A stretch of DNA of 64,000 nt from Acidobacteriota bacterium (lineage in GTDB: Bacteria > Acidobacteriota > Polarisedimenticolia > Polarisedimenticolales > JAIQFR01): contig JBGQAU010000004.1 of assembly GCA_041494445.1 (NCBI GenBank), positions 278 to 64,277 of the forward strand, written 5' to 3'. The notes under the pieces are model-generated. The model was not told the origin of the DNA. It did no database searches and was given only the letters and a program-made list of their open reading frames with translations. Positions 55,037 through 64,000 of the stretch are shown in pieces (positions within the stretch are counted from its first letter, which is position 1; each line of letters starts with the position of its first letter). A program made the position numbers and the translations under genes.

Positions 55037-56064
55037 CACTTCCTCGGCCGGTACGCATGGGTCCGCAGGCGGTTGACGATGAGCGTGGCGACGTAGGTCG
55101 AGAACCGCACGAGGGTCGAGGCCGGATCGGAGCGCACGACGAGCCGGTGCTCGAGGGCGATTCTCGCGAGGCTCGCGACGACGTGCGTCACGTGCCCCGG
55201 CCGGTCGCCGGACCAGGCCGCGACGGACTCGACGATGAGCCTCTTGTTCCTGCGAATCAACGCCGCGGCGGCGCTCGCGGGCGTCCTCGCGCGCGACGCG
55301 CCGAAGATGGCTCTGAGCTCCCGGACGCAGAGCGAGAGGTCCTCCAGCCGCTGGCGCCGGGACTTCCGCTCGTAGTAGCTCCTGAGGGTGGATTGGAGAA
55401 GCCGCGCCTGGCCCTGGAGCCGCGGCTTCCGGCGCGGCGGACGCCGGCACGCGAGCTCGTGCATGATCCGATCGACGTAGCGGAGCTTCCGCATGGCGGG
55501 CCAACCCGCGTAGCGAGTCCGCCAATGCGAGTTCGGCTGGAGCCAGACGGCGAAGGTCTCGGCGAAGTCCTCGTACGGATGGGATTGCGCGTAGTCGTCC
55601 GGCACGTTGCGCACGAAGTTCTTGCTGACCGGATCGACCTTGTAGAAATAGGGATTGTACGGCGTCCCGGGAGAGCCGAAGACCCGCCGCCAGTCGGGCC
55701 GCCTGTGGAGCCCGTAGGCGTGGTCGAAGGCGTGCCCCGCCTCGTGCCGCAGCAGCTTCATGCACCAGGCCCGCGTTCCCCCCTCCACCTCGAACATCAT
55801 CCGGAATTCCAGCGACATCAGGCGCGGGTGCGCGAGGTAGAACGGGATCCCGATGGTGGCCTCGCCGTCCGGACAGAGCCATTCGGCGGCCAGATAGCAC
55901 GGCGGCCGAAGGGCGAGACCGCGACCCTCGAGTTCTCGGTGGAGCCGGTGGATTTGGGGCTCGAGCGCGCTACCCCGGATCCGCACCTTGAGATCGCGGA
56001 TACGGACCTCGAGGAGGTCCTCGTCGGACAGGTGCGCCCATCTCCCGTCGGCAGGTCGAGCCAT
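55036..56064 (-). CDS. Putative zinc-binding metallopeptidase (HExxH; Peptidase_Mx-like)
   Basis: LLRHEAGHAFDH carries the HExxH motif. The start is chosen at MARPADGRW, with GAGGA 11 nt upstream. The track alternative is 56163. Confidence 0.55.
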   Translation of the reverse strand: MARPADGRWAHLSDEDLLEVRIRDLKVRIRGSALEPQIHRLHRELEGRGLALRPPCYLAAEWLCPDGEATIGIPFYLAHPRLMSLEFRMMFEVEGGTRAWCMKLLRHEAGHAFDHAYGLHRRPDWRRVFGSPGTPYNPYFYKVDPVSKNFVRNVPDDYAQSHPYEDFAETFAVWLQPNSHWRTRYAGWPAMRKLRYVDRIMHELACRRPPRRKPRLQGQARLLQSTLRSYYERKSRRQRLEDLSLCVRELRAIFGASRARTPASAAAALIRRNKRLIVESVAAWSGDRPGHVTHVVASLARIALEHRLVVRSDPASTLVRFSTYVATLIVNRLRTHAYRPRK

Positions 56065-56376
56065 GCCGCGACGGTCCTCGCGGGGAGGCGCGGCGAGCGG
56101 CCGGCGGAACGCCGGCACGGTGCTCGATTCCGACCTCGCGCTTCTCGTGGGGTGCTCGCGCATGGCACCAAGGTTAACCGCGCCCCTCCCGGGCGGTCAA
56201 CGCGCCGGGGGAGCCGGGAGGCGTCGCCTCGCAATTCCGTCGAGACGGTCACCCTTTTCGAGCAAAGGGAGACCGGGGAGCCCCGCGGCCCTCCGGGACG
56301 GGGGGAGGCCGTTTGACCCGCCCCGCACCAGGCCCGATATTCAGTACGTCGGGGAATCTTCCCCGAGGTGGGTTAG

Positions 56377-58863
56377 ATGCGCGAGGACGTCCCGGACGTG
56401 AGCTCGGACACGACCGCCCAGGAAGCCGCCAAGCGGGCGATGATCGAGGTGCAGCGCTACCTCGCGGACGAGATCGCGCCGATGATGGCGGCGGATGCCG
56501 CCGACGTGCTGTTGCGGATGCCGCCCAAGTACGGCGCGATCGTTCTTCGCAGCTGGATCGAGGCCCAGCTCTCGGCGCCGGACCGGGCCGTGCCGGTGTC
56601 GAGCTACGTCTACCACGCCGTGAAGAAGCTCCATCACCTGGCCGAGCTGCACGTCGTGGACCCGAAAGCGATGGCTCGTTACGTGGCGGAGCTGTCGAGG
56701 ATCGTCGTCCGGCTCTGCCCCGAGGGCGAGCAGACCGATCTCCGGCTGAAGCTGAGCCGGATCGCCGAGGCCGAGACGACGCTGTCGGCGCCGGTCAGGC
56801 TCCTGAATCGGGAGATGGGAAGCGCCCGGGTCGAGGCGGAGCTGAAGCGGACCCTGGAGCACCAAGAGGAATCGCGCCCGCGCGCCGCGGACGCCGCTCC
56901 GAGCCCCCGGCTGGCCATGCTCATCGGGCGGCTCGAGGAGCTGGGTGCGATCTCCAAGGAAGGGCCGGCGGACGAGGAAGCCGAGGAGCTCATCGCCCGC
57001 ATGGTGACGAAGGCTGCCGCGGAGGCTCGCGACGGGGAACAGCTCGAGTCCTCTCTCGCCAGGCTGCGAATGCTGGGGATGGAGCCCAGCGTCGACCGGC
57101 GCATGTTCCGCATGCTGGGCCGGCGCCTGCCGGAATGGGAGGTCGATCTGGAGCGCTCCGGGCCGGGCGACGAGAAGCCCGCGGGGCGATTGCTCCAGGC
57201 GATGCGCCGGATCGTGGACACGGCGGGCTCGAGCGAGGAAGGGATCCGCCGCTTCAGCGAGATGGTCTACGCCGCCATCGAGCAGCTCAACGAGGGCCAC
57301 CTGGCGCAGGCCGTGGCGATGCTCGATCTCGCGCAGAGGCTGATCGAGGAGAAGAAGGTGGACCAGGAGCTGGCCCGGATCGTCAAGAACCGGGCGCAGA
57401 GCGCGGTGGCCCTCGGGCCCCTCCGCCAGTTCGCGTCGGCCCCCGCCAAGCACGGGCTGCTTCGAAAGGTGCTGCGGTTCTTCCAGGTTTTCACCCCCGA
57501 AAGTCTCCTGGATCGACTCGACGGCGAGCCCAAGCGGGAGACGCGCAAACTGATGCTGTCCCTGCTCGAGGTGTACAGCACGCCGTGCCGACCCAAGGTG
57601 CTGGAGCGGCTGATGGGCTGCCTGTCCGGCAAGCCGCCCGATCCCAACGGCTTCTACGCCCGGAACCTCGTATTCCTCCTGCGCCGGATCCCGCGCGGCG
57701 CACAGGACGACCCGAGGCAGGAGCTCAAGCTCCTGGCGGAATTCAGCCGGCCCCAGCGTCCGTTCATGGTCACCAAGGAGACGGTGGGCGCGCTGGCCGA
57801 CCCGAGCCTTCCGAAGGTCTCGCAGGTCCTGGCCCAGCGCCTCGAGGACTTCGAGCGCTCGGCACATCCAGGGGTCACGGACTACACCGACGGAGAGATG
57901 CAGGAGATCCTGGACCGGACCTGCGCCGCGCTGGCCCTTCTCGGCACGCAGGAGGCGGTCCGCGCGATCGTGGCCCATGCGCGCCGCGAGGATCTCCGGC
58001 TTGGCGACACGGTCGGCCGCCTGCGGCATCTGGCCGGCTGCGATCTGGCCGGCCACGACGCCCTCCGCGAGATCCTGGATCGGCTGCGAAAAACGCTGCC
58101 GGCCAAGGTCCTCGGGGTCGTCCTGGGACGGCGGGTGGCGGAGGCGAGCAGCCTGGTGCAAGCCCTGTCGGGAACGCGGGAGCCGGAGGTGCGCCGCCTG
58201 TTCGAGGAGATCGTCGAGCGGTATCCGGGCCAGGACTTGGCCGAGCGCGCCCGCGAAGCACTCGTCAAGTTCCAGGCGGAGCCGGCATCGGAGCCGGCGG
58301 CCGCGGAGGGCGTCGCCGGAGACCTCGAGCTGTTCGGCCTGCCGACGCTTCTCCAATCGCTGGCCGACGCGCGCCAGACCGGCCGCCTGATGATCTCCGA
58401 GCGCAACGGTCACGATCGCGCGGTCATCTTCTTTCGCGACGGGAAGATCGCGGGAGGCGAGGCGGGACAGCTCCGGGGTCCGGACGCGGTGTACGAGCTG
58501 ATCGAGCGACCGAGGCCGGGGACCTTCCGCTTCGAGAGGTCGACGCCGGAGGAACCGGCCCGTCCGGAGCAGGGGATGGATGTCGTCCCGCTGATCCTCG
58601 AAGCGATCCGGCGGCACGACGAGTTCCAGGAGGATCGCGCGCTGGTACCCGACGGGGCCTCGCTGATGCCGACGGGCGCGCGCCCGTCCCTGCCCGAGGA
58701 CGAGAGCGACCGGAACCTCGTGGAGGCGGTGTGGCAAGAGGCGTCGCGCGGCACGGCACCGGAAAGCTGCGAAGGCGTGGCGGGGAGTGACGCGTACCGC
58801 GTCCGCCGCCTTTACGCGCACTGGCTCGAGAGCGGCGCTCTCAAGCGCCGCCCCGCGGCGTGA
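56377..58863 (+). CDS. Large cytoplasmic protein with C-terminal DUF4388 (PATAN-like) domain
   Basis: 828 aa and mostly helical. The C-terminus GDLELFGLPTLLQSLADARQTGRLMISERNGHDRAVIFFRDGKIAGGEAG...GTFRFE matches the DUF4388 pattern. Confidence 0.6.
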   Translation: MREDVPDVSSDTTAQEAAKRAMIEVQRYLADEIAPMMAADAADVLLRMPPKYGAIVLRSWIEAQLSAPDRAVPVSSYVYHAVKKLHHLAELHVVDPKAMARYVAELSRIVVRLCPEGEQTDLRLKLSRIAEAETTLSAPVRLLNREMGSARVEAELKRTLEHQEESRPRAADAAPSPRLAMLIGRLEELGAISKEGPADEEAEELIARMVTKAAAEARDGEQLESSLARLRMLGMEPSVDRRMFRMLGRRLPEWEVDLERSGPGDEKPAGRLLQAMRRIVDTAGSSEEGIRRFSEMVYAAIEQLNEGHLAQAVAMLDLAQRLIEEKKVDQELARIVKNRAQSAVALGPLRQFASAPAKHGLLRKVLRFFQVFTPESLLDRLDGEPKRETRKLMLSLLEVYSTPCRPKVLERLMGCLSGKPPDPNGFYARNLVFLLRRIPRGAQDDPRQELKLLAEFSRPQRPFMVTKETVGALADPSLPKVSQVLAQRLEDFERSAHPGVTDYTDGEMQEILDRTCAALALLGTQEAVRAIVAHARREDLRLGDTVGRLRHLAGCDLAGHDALREILDRLRKTLPAKVLGVVLGRRVAEASSLVQALSGTREPEVRRLFEEIVERYPGQDLAERAREALVKFQAEPASEPAAAEGVAGDLELFGLPTLLQSLADARQTGRLMISERNGHDRAVIFFRDGKIAGGEAGQLRGPDAVYELIERPRPGTFRFERSTPEEPARPEQGMDVVPLILEAIRRHDEFQEDRALVPDGASLMPTGARPSLPEDESDRNLVEAVWQEASRGTAPESCEGVAGSDAYRVRRLYAHWLESGALKRRPAA

Positions 58864-59058
58864 GCCCGCGGCCGTCGCCGACACGCGAGCACCGGGCAGC
58901 TCGTGGGCCGGTTCCGTGGGAGTCCTTGTCTCGGGCGGGAAGCTGCCGGTAAGATAAGGGACTCACGGCATCCTTTTTCTACGGATCTCGGGGAGGGCGG
59001 CCGGGCGGGCATCCGCTTCGGCCCGAAGATTGTCGGCGCGTGAAGGAGGAGTCTGACG

Positions 59059-61026
59059 ATGATCGTCGGAGTAATCGGCTCGGGTTCCATCGGACCTGAC
59101 CTCGCCTACGGCTTCGTCGCGGCGCTTGCCGGCGCCGGTGGAGGCAAGGTCTACCTTCACGACATCAAGCAGGAGGCGCTCGACGCCGGCGTCGAGCGCA
59201 TTCGCGGGTACGTGGCGAAGGGCGTCTCGCGGGGAAAGCTGAGCCCGAAGATCGCCAAGGCCATCGACGCGGCGCTGGTCCCGACCCGCGACGTTCGCGA
59301 CCTCGGGAAGTGCGAGTACGTTCTCGAGGCCGCGACCGAGGATCTCGCGATCAAGAAGGTCATCCTGAAGAACCTCGAGAGCGTCGTCCGCGAGGACTGC
59401 CTCATCGGCTTTGCCACGTCGGGAATCCCGCGCTCCCGGATCGCCTCGGAGGCGCGGCATCCGGAACGCTGTTTCGTGAACCACCCGTTCTATCCGGCGT
59501 GGCGAGCTCTCCCCGTCGAGGTGGTCCTGTCCGGCGACGAGGCTCTCGGGGCTCGGATGCTCGGGACGCTGAAGGCGCTAGGGAAGGTGCCGATCGTCAC
59601 CGCCGACGTTCCCTGCTTCGCCGCCGACGACATCTTCTGCAACTACTGCGCCGAGGCGGCGCGGATCGTGGCAGAGGGGGTCGCGACGCCGGCCCAGGTG
59701 GACCAGGTCGTCAACGACGCGATCGGCGGCGGCGGCCCCTTCCTCGTGATGGACCTCACCCGCGGCAACCTCCTGAACGTGCATTGCCTCGAGCTGATGC
59801 GGCAAGACCCCGACGGGAGCGAGTGGTTCGCCCCGCCGCCGATCTTCACGAAGCAGGGCACCACGCCGTGGCACGACCGGAGCAAGCCGGCGGATCCTCG
59901 CATCGATCCTGCCCGCGCCAGGGAGGTCCTGGACCGCATCCTGGCGGTGGTCATGGGCAGGACCCTCCACGTGGCGGACCACGGGATCTGCGACGCCAGG
60001 GAGCTCAACTGGCTGACGCGCAACGCGCTCGGGTTCCGGAAGGGGCTCCTCGACCTCGCCGAGGAATTGGGCGCGCCGCGGGTCCACGAAGTCTGCGCGG
60101 CGTACGCCGCGAGGAACCCCGGCTTCACCGTGCCGAGGAGCGTCGTCGAGCGGCGACTGCCGGCCTTCCTTCGGAACGTCGCGGTCGCGCGCGACGGCGA
60201 GATCGCGGTGGTCGCGATCCAGCGCCCCGAGGTGAGGAACGCCCTCGACGAGCGGACCATGACGGAGCTTCGGGAGGTCTTCTCCGGACTGGCCGCGGAC
60301 GGCGCCGTTCGCGGTGTCGTGCTCACCAGCTTCGACGGCGCCCTGGCCGGGGCCGACATCGGCGAGCTGGCCGCCCTCACGACCCCCGAGGAGGCGCGCG
60401 CCAAGTGCCTTCGCGGTCACTCCGTCCTCGGCGTCATCGAGGCCATGCGCAAGCCCGTCGTGGCCGCTGTGGACGGGCCGGTGCTGGGAGGCGGCGCGGA
60501 GCTCGCGATGGCCTGCCACGCGCGCGTCGTCGGGACGAGCCTCATGCTCGGCCAGCCCGAGGTGAACCTCGGCATCATCCCGGGTTACGGCGGAACCCAA
60601 CGCCTGCCCCGTCTGATCGGCATCGAGCGCGCGCTCGATCTGCTGCGCACCGGCCGGCCCGTCGGCGCCGCCGAGGCCTGCGCATGGGGCTGGGCGAGCG
60701 GCGAGCCCGCCTCGGACATCCTGGCCGCCGCCAAGGACCTCGTCCGAAGGCACCTCGACGGGAAGGCGGTGCTGAGGCCCGTGGACGCGGCGCCGCTCGA
60801 GGTGGCGGACCGGTTTCCCCGGATCGACATCGGCCATCACTCGCTGGTCGCGGACGCGGTTCTGGTGGGCGTGGTGCACGACGGCCTGATGAAGCCCCTG
60901 GCGGAAGGCCTGGCCATCGAGGCGGCGGGCTTCGCGCGGTTGAGGCGGACGGTGGACTACGACATCGGCATGAAGAACTTCGTCCAGAACGGTCCGAGAG
61001 TTCCGGCGGTCTTCCTGAACGAATAG
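59059..61026 (+). CDS. Bifunctional 3-hydroxyacyl-CoA dehydrogenase / enoyl-CoA hydratase (dehydrogenase domain first)
   Basis: GVIGSGSIG is an N-terminal Rossmann motif. The crotonase fold is C-terminal (VAAVDGPVLGGGAELAMACHARV). Confidence 0.85.
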   Translation: MIVGVIGSGSIGPDLAYGFVAALAGAGGGKVYLHDIKQEALDAGVERIRGYVAKGVSRGKLSPKIAKAIDAALVPTRDVRDLGKCEYVLEAATEDLAIKKVILKNLESVVREDCLIGFATSGIPRSRIASEARHPERCFVNHPFYPAWRALPVEVVLSGDEALGARMLGTLKALGKVPIVTADVPCFAADDIFCNYCAEAARIVAEGVATPAQVDQVVNDAIGGGGPFLVMDLTRGNLLNVHCLELMRQDPDGSEWFAPPPIFTKQGTTPWHDRSKPADPRIDPARAREVLDRILAVVMGRTLHVADHGICDARELNWLTRNALGFRKGLLDLAEELGAPRVHEVCAAYAARNPGFTVPRSVVERRLPAFLRNVAVARDGEIAVVAIQRPEVRNALDERTMTELREVFSGLAADGAVRGVVLTSFDGALAGADIGELAALTTPEEARAKCLRGHSVLGVIEAMRKPVVAAVDGPVLGGGAELAMACHARVVGTSLMLGQPEVNLGIIPGYGGTQRLPRLIGIERALDLLRTGRPVGAAEACAWGWASGEPASDILAAAKDLVRRHLDGKAVLRPVDAAPLEVADRFPRIDIGHHSLVADAVLVGVVHDGLMKPLAEGLAIEAAGFARLRRTVDYDIGMKNFVQNGPRVPAVFLNE

Positions 61027-61036
61027 CGGGGGTGGC

Positions 61037-62320
61037 ATGACGACCAAGGACAGAACCATCGTGATCCTCGACGGCGGACGCCGGACGCCGAGGGCGGACA
61101 TCCTCGTGGACAACAGCCGGCCCGGGCTGTTCTCCCGCTTCTCCGCCACCCAGCTCGGCGGAATGGCCATCCAGGCCACGCTGGACCGCACCAAGATCGA
61201 CAAGAGCCTCATCGGACACGTCGTCATGGGCATGGCGATGCACAGCCACCGCGACTCGATCTACGCGGCCCAGGGCATGCGATGGCGGGGCGGGCTCGCC
61301 GACGACGTGCCCGCCCTGACGGTGGCGCGGATCTGCGGCAGCGGGGCCGAGGCGATCGCCGTCGGGTCGGAGATGATCCTCGCCGGCGTCCGTCACGACG
61401 AGGCCCGCCCGTTCGTCGTCGTGGGCGGCGCCGAGAGCATGCAGTACCCGTTCTGTCTCTACAACCACCGCGGGCGCAAGGTCGGAGAGGCCGTACAGAA
61501 GTACGGTCCGGTGGACGTGAGGAGCCTGCCGCCGGGAACCCACCTGCAGGACTCGCTGCTGATGTCGCTCTACGACCCGGGAGCGCGCATGACGATGGCG
61601 AACACCGCCGAGGAGCTGGGGAGGCGCTATTCCGTCACTCGCGAGGAGGCCGACTTGTTCGGCTACCGCTCGCACAGGAACGCGAAGCAGGCCCGTGACA
61701 GCGGCTGGTTCGACGAGGAGATCGAGCCTCTGACCGTGGAAGGGGACGGCACGACCGCGCCCGTCGAGGTGAAGCACGACACGCACATCGTCGATGACGT
61801 GAGCCTGGAGAAGATCGGGCGGCTTCCTCCCGCCTTCGAGCCCGGCGGCATCATCACCGCGGCGAACGCCAGCGCCGTCGTGGATGGCGCTGCGGCCATG
61901 GTGATCGGGAGGGAGACGGACGCGGAGCGGCATGGAGCCAGGGTGCTCGCGCGCGTGATCGGCATGGGTGTCGCCGCCTGCGACCCGCAGATCATGGGGT
62001 GGGGGCCGGTCCCCGCAACGCGCAAGGCCCTGGAGATGGCCGGCGTGAGCGGAGGCTCCCTCGACATCGTGGAACTGAACGAGGCCTTCGCCCCGCAGGC
62101 CCTGGCCTGCGTCCGCGACTTCGAGAAGATGGGCATTGACCCCGAGAAGGTCAATCCCATGGGGAACGCGATCGCTCTCGGCCATCCCCTGGGGGCCACG
62201 GGAGCCGTGCTGACGCTCACCTGCGCTTACGCGCTGCGGCGGACGGCGAGGCGCTACGGCCTGGTCACGATGTGCATCGGCGGAGGGCAGGGAATCGCGC
62301 TGGTCCTCGAGTCGGTCTAG
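61037..62320 (+). CDS. Acetyl-CoA C-acyltransferase (thiolase)
   Basis: Motifs RICGSGAEAI, NEAFAPQALA, GHPLGATGA and CIGGGQG are present. Confidence 0.9.
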   Translation: MTTKDRTIVILDGGRRTPRADILVDNSRPGLFSRFSATQLGGMAIQATLDRTKIDKSLIGHVVMGMAMHSHRDSIYAAQGMRWRGGLADDVPALTVARICGSGAEAIAVGSEMILAGVRHDEARPFVVVGGAESMQYPFCLYNHRGRKVGEAVQKYGPVDVRSLPPGTHLQDSLLMSLYDPGARMTMANTAEELGRRYSVTREEADLFGYRSHRNAKQARDSGWFDEEIEPLTVEGDGTTAPVEVKHDTHIVDDVSLEKIGRLPPAFEPGGIITAANASAVVDGAAAMVIGRETDAERHGARVLARVIGMGVAACDPQIMGWGPVPATRKALEMAGVSGGSLDIVELNEAFAPQALACVRDFEKMGIDPEKVNPMGNAIALGHPLGATGAVLTLTCAYALRRTARRYGLVTMCIGGGQGIALVLESV

Positions 62321-62497
62321 CGCGAGAGGCCCCGGGGGACCGGTTCGAGGACCTCCGCGGAGCCGCTGGGCACCGGGAGGAACGGGCGTTGGAGGTGGTG
62401 GTCGGGCCGGTATTCGGGGTGACATAAGGGCCCCTTCCCGGACGTGGCCCTCAGTTCCGCAGCTTGAATGCCTTATCCCCCGCGAGTATTCGTCGCC

Positions 62498-62779
62498 TCA
62501 GTACTCGTTGATGACGGCCACGCCCACCGTACCGAAGTCGCTCATCGATTCCAGCACGTCGCTGGCTTTCTCGATGGGGATCCGCTGCTCGACCAGCTTC
62601 TCGGGATGAAGCTGCCCGGCTCCAACCATGCGGAGCATCTCGGGGTAGGGTACCTCACCCCTTCCCCACAGGAAGACGAAGGAGCTGACAAGCACGCGGT
62701 CGCAGCGGACGCTTCGTGGTTGATGCGGGCTGGGGTCGTGAAGCTGTCCCCGAAACCGGGGTTGGGCGAACGTCCCCAC
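62498..62779 (-). pseudogene. C-terminal remnant of a zinc-type alcohol dehydrogenase
   Basis: Only ...PEMLRMVGAGQLHPEKLVEQRIPIEKASDVLESMSDFGTVGVAVINEY* looks ADH-like. There is no room for the catalytic and Rossmann domains. Confidence 0.45.
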
Positions 62780-62789
62780 TCGGTGGATA

Positions 62790-64000
62790 ATGAAATGCGC
62801 TGGGGCGTTCGGGGGCGGGCCGGTTCACTTGGTGGAGGGCGGCGTGGCGCAGGAGCAGGCGGGAGCCATCAAGAAGATTCGCGCAACCGGGCCGATGCGG
62901 GAGGTCATGGCCGCTTACTTCCAGGAGCTGGATGAAGCGTCCCGGACAGGCTCGACCAAGGTCGCCTGGTGCACGAGCGTGGGGCCCGCGGAGCTGCTGC
63001 GCAGCTTCGGCTTCCGCGTCTACTTCCCCGAGAACCACGGCGCGCTGCTCGGTTCGTCCCGTGTCGCCTCGGACGTCATCCCCGCTGCCAATGCCATCGG
63101 GTACTCGCCCGACATCTGCTCCTACCTGACCAGCGACGTGGGCTCCTTCCTGCGCGGCCACACCCCGCTGACCAAGGCCTTCGGCATGGCCGGTGTGCCG
63201 AAGCCGGATGTCCTGGTCTACAACACCAACCAGTGCCGCGACGTGCAGGAGTGGTTCGCCTTCTACCAGCGGCACTGGGGCGTGCCGATGGCCGGGATCG
63301 ACACCATGCGCGGCCTCGGAGAAATCACCCGGGACCACCGCGACTCGCTCGTGGCCCAGCACAGGGCCCTCATTCCCACCCTCGAGCGGGTCTCCGGGAA
63401 GAAGTTCGACATGGACCGGCTCAAGGAGGTCGTGGCCTCGAGCTACCGCTGCACCCAGCGATGGAAGAGGGTCCTTCGCCTGGCCGAGCACGACCCCTCG
63501 CCGATCACCTTCTTCGACGGCACCATCCACATGGGCCCGGCGGTCGTGCTCCGGGGCGACGAGCGGGCGGTCCAGTACTACGACGTCCTTATCGCCGAGC
63601 TGGAGGAGAGAATCGCCCAGGGCGTCGGGGCGGTGGACGGCGAGGCCCACCGGTTGTACTGGGAGGGGATGCCGGTCTGGGGCAAGATCCGCGAGCACGC
63701 CGAGACCTTCGCCGGCCACCGAGCCTGCGTCGTCGCCTCGACCTACTGCAACAGCTGGATCTTCGAAGCGCTGGCCGAGGCGGATCCCTTCGAAGGCATG
63801 GCCGGCGCGTACTCGGAGCTGTTCATCGTTCGATCGGAGGCCTTCAAGGAAGACTACCTGAGCGGCATGGCGCGCGACTACCACATCGACGGCATCATCT
63901 ACCACGACGCCAAGACGTGCCCCAACAACTCCAACGACCGGTACGGCATGCCGGAGCGGCTCGCGAAGAAGCTGGGCATCCCGTTCGTCGTCATCCACGG
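62790..64000 (+). CDS. 2-hydroxyacyl-CoA dehydratase family subunit (HgdB/BcrB-like), 3' end beyond the window; not in the ORF track
   Basis: My own translation reads MKCAGAF...AIKKIRATGPMREVMAAYFQELDEASRTGSTKVAWCTSVGPAELLRSFGFRVYFPENHGALLG...DGIIYHDAKTCPNNSNDRYGMPERLAKKLGIPFVVIHG with no stop. The start is uncertain. Confidence 0.65.
   Translation, partial: MKCAGAFGGGPVHLVEGGVAQEQAGAIKKIRATGPMREVMAAYFQELDEASRTGSTKVAWCTSVGPAELLRSFGFRVYFPENHGALLGSSRVASDVIPAANAIGYSPDICSYLTSDVGSFLRGHTPLTKAFGMAGVPKPDVLVYNTNQCRDVQEWFAFYQRHWGVPMAGIDTMRGLGEITRDHRDSLVAQHRALIPTLERVSGKKFDMDRLKEVVASSYRCTQRWKRVLRLAEHDPSPITFFDGTIHMGPAVVLRGDERAVQYYDVLIAELEERIAQGVGAVDGEAHRLYWEGMPVWGKIREHAETFAGHRACVVASTYCNSWIFEALAEADPFEGMAGAYSELFIVRSEAFKEDYLSGMARDYHIDGIIYHDAKTCPNNSNDRYGMPERLAKKLGIPFVVIH

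Overview
High-GC bacterial chromosomal window with about 60 tightly packed genes, many joined by ATGA/GTGA start-stop overlaps. I saw no rRNA, CRISPR array, transposase or integrase.

Left to right:
1. An AbiEi/AbiEii-like toxin-antitoxin pair, bracketed by two diverged tRNA-3'-like repeats.
2. A DsbA/FrnE-family gene whose first CxxC cysteine codon is an in-frame TGA followed by a hairpin. It is a probable selenoprotein, and the ORF track truncates it.
3. A malate synthase / isocitrate lyase operon, a VIT-family transporter and a PHP phosphoesterase.
4. A roughly 14.7 kb aryl-polyene/flexirubin-like type II lipid/polyketide cluster (10039-24716). It encodes a LolCDE-like ABC exporter, a LolA-like protein, an LpxL-like acyltransferase, ACP, KS, a KS-like CLF, GT2, a deacetylase, a methyltransferase, an aryl-CoA-type ligase, an aromatic ammonia-lyase and two hotdog dehydratases. 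It also carries a Tes/GDGT-MAS-like radical SAM enzyme.
5. A segment that looks lower in GC by eye, with kaiC-kaiB-kaiB-histidine kinase and a convergent NarL-type response regulator / kinase operon.
6. Stress-type genes, each preceded by a conserved 20-nt inverted-repeat motif (GGTAGGGTT-N3-CCCCATGG) that occurs 7 times between 24.9 and 39.3 kb. They are an lmo0937-like miniprotein, a SYLF protein, a DUF3494 lipoprotein, a PLC-like protein and decayed paralogs.
7. PBP1A, an S46 peptidase, a cupin plus an octaheme cytochrome, TPR proteins, an M36 protease, NhaA, an ATP-grasp/Zn-peptidase-like pair, a DUF4388 protein, beta-oxidation-like genes and a partial 2-hydroxyacyl-CoA dehydratase.

Most long alternative-frame ORFs in the track are GC-driven shadow ORFs. 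All family calls rest on motifs read by eye, not on database searches.
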